Below, in pieces: positions 59,351-64,000 of a stretch of DNA of 64,000 nucleotides (its first letter is position 1; every line of letters starts with the position of its first letter). The position numbers and the translations under genes were made by a program. The DNA is from Octopus bimaculoides (Eukaryota). A model generated the notes under the pieces. It saw only the letters and a list, made by a program, of their open reading frames with translations. It was not told the origin of the DNA and did not search any database. The stretch spans positions 18,754,368-18,818,367 of the forward strand of contig NC_068998.1 of assembly GCF_001194135.2 (NCBI RefSeq), given 5' to 3'.

Positions 59351-59715
59351 TCACGTGGACAAAAAATTTCTAGTTCGTTCGTTCTATTTTAAAGAAAAAT
59401 CTTTCCACTGCACTTCCATTGTTTGCCTCGGTTTATATGAATCAGTGAGTTATTATTTCCACTTCATATCCGCAACGAATTTGATAGACCATTCAATGTC
59501 CCGCTAATTTTGTATGTCAGGCCCTGTGAGAAGCTTCTCAAATCACTCCATATCTGGACATCAGGAACTATGACAATCTATCGACGTAGTCTGAAAAGTC
59601 TATCGGGGTCAGTTCGGTTCGATCCACTTTTCAAATAGTTCCGGAAACAGCTGTTGCTCAGTGTCGCGTAGAGAGTCCCCTACCACGTCACTGTCTGACA
59701 ACACTGACTTTCTAT

Positions 59716-59729
59716 GTCTCTATGGCAAC
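59716..59729 (+). promoter_or_regulatory. X-box-like RFX motif in CpG-richer unique island
   Basis: GTCTCTATGGCAAC has a perfect GGCAAC half-site; CCGGAA and CACGTCA motifs lie nearby. Confidence 0.35.
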
Positions 59730-60005
59730 GGAGCTTGACCGGTGTAACTTGGTGCAGCGATAGTTGAATATGATATAGGAAGGAATAACTCAGTGATATA
59801 ATATGGAGGTCTACGTTAGTCATATGATACAGATGGTGTACATTTGTCATATGACGTAGCAGAGTAATGCAGTCATATAATACAGGAGGAACTTGTTTGT
59901 GTGATATGAACGGGTAGTTCGGTTATAGGATAATAGAGATGAGGGTACCTCAGCCATAAAACATGGAGAACCGTGTGTGTGTGTGAGTGAGTGAGTGAGT
60001 AAGTA

Positions 60006-60039
<34 letters not shown>

Positions 60040-60506
60040 TAACGGCATTTTTTCCGGCTCTTTACGTTCTGAGTTCAATTCACGGTGAAATTGATTTTGT
60101 CTTTCATCTTCCTCGGGGGTCGATAAAATATGTACCAATTGAGTATCAGGATCGATATAATCGACTTAGCTCTCACGCCAAAAAATGCTCGCCTTGTGCC
60201 AGTAGTTTAGTTAAAGGTTGTGAAGTTTTCAACTTGTTNNNNNNNNNNNNNNNNNNNNNNNNNNNNNNNNNNNNNNNNNNNNNNNNNNNNNNNNNNNNNN
60301 NNNNNNNNNNNNNNNNNNNNNNNNNNNNNNNNNNNNNNNNNNNNNNNNNNNNNNNNNNNNNNNNNNNNNNNNNNNNNNNNNNNNNNNNNNNNNNNNNNNN
60401 NNNNNNNNNNNNNNNNNNNNNNNNNNNNNNNNNNNNNNNNNNNNNNNNNNNNNNNNNNNNNNNNNNNNNNNNNNNNNNNNNTATATATATATATATATAT
60501 ATATAA

Positions 60507-60925
60507 TCAGGCTGAGTAAAAAGTAAGCAACGTTTTGAAACATGTAATTCATCACACAGTTATAGTGGATGAGTCCAGCAGTACACCATGAAACGGTCCC
60601 CCATAACGTTCTTTTTGAAGAGCTCGAGTTTAGGGAAGGTTTTCGGTGATTCATTTTGGTCCAACCACTGTGAAGAAGGTTTTTTTTTTTATCATTATAC
60701 AGAATCCACTTTTCATCGCAAGTTACAATACGGTCGAGAAATGGATCGGTTTGATAACAAAGAAGCGACGAGCAAATTTTATATCTGCGCATTTTCTGAT
60801 TTTCATTAAAATCGTGTGATACCCAATTGTCGAGCTTTCTTGATTTTCCGATCGCATGCAAAATGGTTGCAGGCAGTTTTCTGGTTAACTTGAAGTTCTT
60901 TACCACAACGCCCAACTGTACCTCT
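60507..60925 (-). mobile_element. Mariner transposon relic, internally deleted
   Basis: Peptides IGKSRKLDNWVSHD (WVPHEL motif) and FLDRIVTCDEKWILY. The sequence jumps from the VSWCTAGLIHY region directly to a TIR-like end TCAGGCTGAGTAAAAAGTAAG next to (TA)n. Confidence 0.85.
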
Positions 60926-60929
60926 TGTA

Positions 60930-62100
60930 AAAATAGAGAACAACACAGAAGATACCACCGGGCACAATAATTATCATATCATACAACCCCACAACACCAC
61001 CCTCAACTCCTCAACAAATACTAATCTTAATGCCAGTAATAATAACGAACATAACACCGCTTCCTCACTAAATAGCAATCCCCTCACAAGTTCATCCGGA
61101 ACACCCTCTACAAACCTATGCAATTGTAGACGCCCAACCTCCTGTCCTTTAGATAACCGCTGTTTCACAAAAAACATCGTTTATAAGTGTACAGTATCAA
61201 CTGCCAACTGTAACTACATATATATTGGCTCATGCAACACCACTTTCAAAGCTAGAGTGAGCAACCACTACTCCAGTTTCAAGTCCCAAACAAAATTCAA
61301 CAGTACATCGTTGTCTCAACTATTCAATAAACTAAAGTTTGATTCAACTCCTTACACTCGCAAGTGGTCCGTACTCACCCAGGGCAAGCTATGCAGCTAT
61401 AATAACAAGTGTGATCTCTGCATAGCCGAGATCTTGGCTAATTTGCAATCCACAGATTGTCTTAATGAGCGCAGCAGTATAATTTTTACCTGCAAACATC
61501 AGTCACTAAATCTATTCTCAAAATACAAATAACAACAACCCCACCCCGATTTCCCCCCAACCTTCATAAATTTTCCCTCTTATCTACCCTCACCACCACT
61601 ATATATTAGACCAAAACTATATCTTCCCTTTAATTCCTGATTTACATACTTCTCTCTGTATTTTTCCTTACCATTAAAAAATTATTTTCTCTTATTTCAC
61701 CTGCCTCCCCTCCTACCCCCTTCTTTCGTAAACTTACCAATACTTACACCGGCATACACCTCTACTACTTCATAATGCAAACAATATACATTCCTCAATT
61801 GAAAACCAGTGGTAGCCACCACGATTCTTCCCCATTCTTTCTTGCTTTCCTTCAAGCATATATATTTTTCTCCCCTTAGACCAAAAACATTTCCCCACCC
61901 TTTCCACTCACCCCCCACATTATTTTTTTCTGTGGTTCGACCAAACCAGCCCTATTGAATACGACCAGTCAAATGACCGTGCTTAAATTCCTCATTCTAT
62001 CTTGCTTTCTTCATGCACCCCCCCTTGATCAAAAATATTTCCCCACCCTCTTCCCTCCACATTATATTCTTTTCAAATACCACTCCCCTTGCTAATTTCT
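60930..62100 (+). mobile_element. 5'-truncated Penelope-like retroelement with GIY-YIG endonuclease
   Basis: Open frame to stop 61532: CNCRRPTSCPLDNRCFTKNIVYKCTV...YIYIGSCNTTFKARVSNHYSSF...CDLCIAE...LNERS...CKH; C-rich 3' region with partial duplication. The 3' boundary is approximate. Confidence 0.85.
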
Positions 62101-62724
62101 GTAATGTGTGAGTGTGTGTATGATGGTGTGTGGCTTGTGGGTCTGCGGATGATGGTGTGGTGTGGGTGCTGGGGGTGGTCAGTGCTAGTGTGTGTGGAGT
62201 GGTGTGATTGTGGGGTGGTGCAGGGTGAGGCGTAGGAGTGTGAGGTTGGAGCACATACATACGTACACATGTACACACACACACACACACACGCACACAC
62301 ACGCACACACACACACACGCACACACACACGCGCGCATAATGAATGAAGGATACGGAAAATGGCGTTTGCAACAATCTTTATTCAACAAAACAATTGTTT
62401 CGACCCATCCTGCAATCCTGCATTTGTCCCTTGCAGGTGGGATACTGGGTTGTGTTAGATCCTCCAGTGCAGAATGCATCTCATCGGGTGTCTTATCTTA
62501 AACACAACCTGCTGTCCAGTATGATCTGATAAGCTTGTCCTGCCTTGGTTTTGTTTTCTTCTTCCTTTAATTTATACCCGCCGACTCAGAAATAGGCTAC
62601 AAATCCCCAACTCCTGTCTCCGTTCTGAACTTGGATCCTAGTCGCTCATCAATTGGAGCACTCATACAGCGTACCTATTAGTTTAGATCATCAGGGGCCT
62701 AGACCCTTCTTATTCTATGTGCGT

Positions 62725-62764
<40 letters not shown>

Positions 62765-63376
62765 CCACAGTTTGATAACTGGTGTTGGTGTGTTTACATC
62801 TCCGTAAGTTAGCAGTTCAGCAAAAGAGAACGATAAGATAAGTAACGGACTAAAAAAAAAAAGGACAATTGTTGAACTGATCGAGGTCGTGCCCCAGCAT
62901 GGCCGCAGTCTAATGACTAAAATAAGTAAAAAAAAAAAATAAAAGATTATAAACATTGTATATGGAAGCCACATTTTGAGTCAGATAATGGTTGATGAGA
63001 AGTGAAACGGTTGCATGGGAACAAAAATGTTGAAACGCATTGCTGTAACAACTTCACTAATTCATCCCGGAAGGTAAAGTTGACCTGGACGGGATTTTAA
63101 CTAAAAGCGCATTTAGCTGGAACAAACACATTCTATCCGACATACTAACAACTCGGTCAATACACCACCTTCCGTCTCTACTAAATGCTTCTCCCTGCGC
63201 GGGCGAGCGAGCGTACACGTGCAGGAATGAATAAAACACTTATGACTTGAGCTGTAATAACAGACACCCTCTCTCATCGTCTAAAAGACCCAGAAGCATA
63301 TTAGATGTGTCCCAATTTCAGCAGCCTGTACTCAGGAGGAAAAGTTTTTAGTGCACTAAGACATGTAATATGTAAT

Positions 63377-63635
63377 AGGTGCGTGGCTTAGTGGTTAGAG
63401 TATTCGACTCACGATCGTAATATCGTAAGTTCGATTCCCGCCGGCGCATTGTGTCCTCGAGCAAGACACTTTATTTCACGTTGCTCCCGTCCATTCAGCT
63501 GACAAAACTGAGAAGTACCTGTGTTTCTAAGTCCAGCCATGTCACATTTTGTTTTCATGCTGAAACATCCTGAGAACTACGTTAAGGGTACGCGATCTGT
63601 GGAGTGCTCAGCCATTTGCTCGTTAATATCAGCTA
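63377..63635 (+). mobile_element. tRNA-derived SINE with CORE-like central segment
   Basis: A box TGGCTTAGTGG, B box GTTCGATTCC, then TGTGTCCTCGAGCAAGACACTT; 3' part shared with family A. Related copies at ~34243-34475(+) and 26370-26630(-). Confidence 0.7.
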
Positions 63636-64000
63636 AGCGAAACTTTGGGAAAATAATGAACCGATTATAATGCATGCACTGACTGTGGTTAAGAAGGAAA
63701 ATAAGTACTGAGGTCGACTAAACCCTTCAAGGAGGATGTCCTAGCATGGCTTACATTCCAATAACTGAAACAAGGATAAAAGAAAGATTGGTAGCAGTCT
63801 CCGTATGTGTCAATATGGAACATCAATAGCGATGAACTTTATCTTGTGAAATTTCTGTCGCCTGATAAACTGAAACCTATTGCTGAAGAAGTCCTTAAGA
63901 AGCCACATGAATAAAATTGTTTAAGCGTTGAGAGCAAAGCATTAATTCAAGTTGCATATCTAGGAATCTGTAAAATAATTCGACAGCAGGCATGGCTGTG

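Noticed and set aside
63798-63914. Protein-like frame SPYVSIWNINSDELYLVKFLSPDKLKPIAEEVLKKPHE
   Set aside because: Short, with a purine-rich acceptor context and no family I can recognise; it cannot be supported without BLAST or RNA data.

Overview
AT-rich, repeat-dense, gapped animal genomic DNA. The repeat families resemble those of octopus (coleoid cephalopod) genomes; this is inferred from repeat recognition, not proven. Two host genes are supported. (1) NOC3L (nucleolar complex protein 3 homolog) on the + strand: 19 coding exons were reconstructed by hand from 2419 to 32926. All have GT-AG junctions and consistent phases, and total 2187 nt (728 aa plus stop). The true start may lie in an upstream micro-exon. 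(2) An intronless 364-aa nicotinamidase (PNC1/PncA/Naam type) with two N-terminal EF-hands at 48300-49394 (+), with a perfect palindromic RFX X-box about 0.9 kb upstream. The rest is mostly mobile DNA: tRNA-derived SINEs, RTE LINE fragments with (GAT)n tails, RLE-type (R4/Dong-like) LINE fragments sitting in (TAA)n and (CATA)n microsatellites, two Penelope-like GIY-YIG remnants, two mariner relics, TTAA-flanked MITEs, foldback elements, a Helitron-like 3' end and a 28-bp minisatellite. Main leads: a head-to-tail stack of (CATA)n-targeted retroelements, hammerhead-ribozyme relics in a foldback element, nested inverted repeats plus a 66-bp hairpin in one NOC3L intron, and a SINE flanked by ~150-bp direct repeats. 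No CRISPR, rRNA or bona fide tRNA gene was seen. Most short ORFs in the track are microsatellite or N-gap artefacts.
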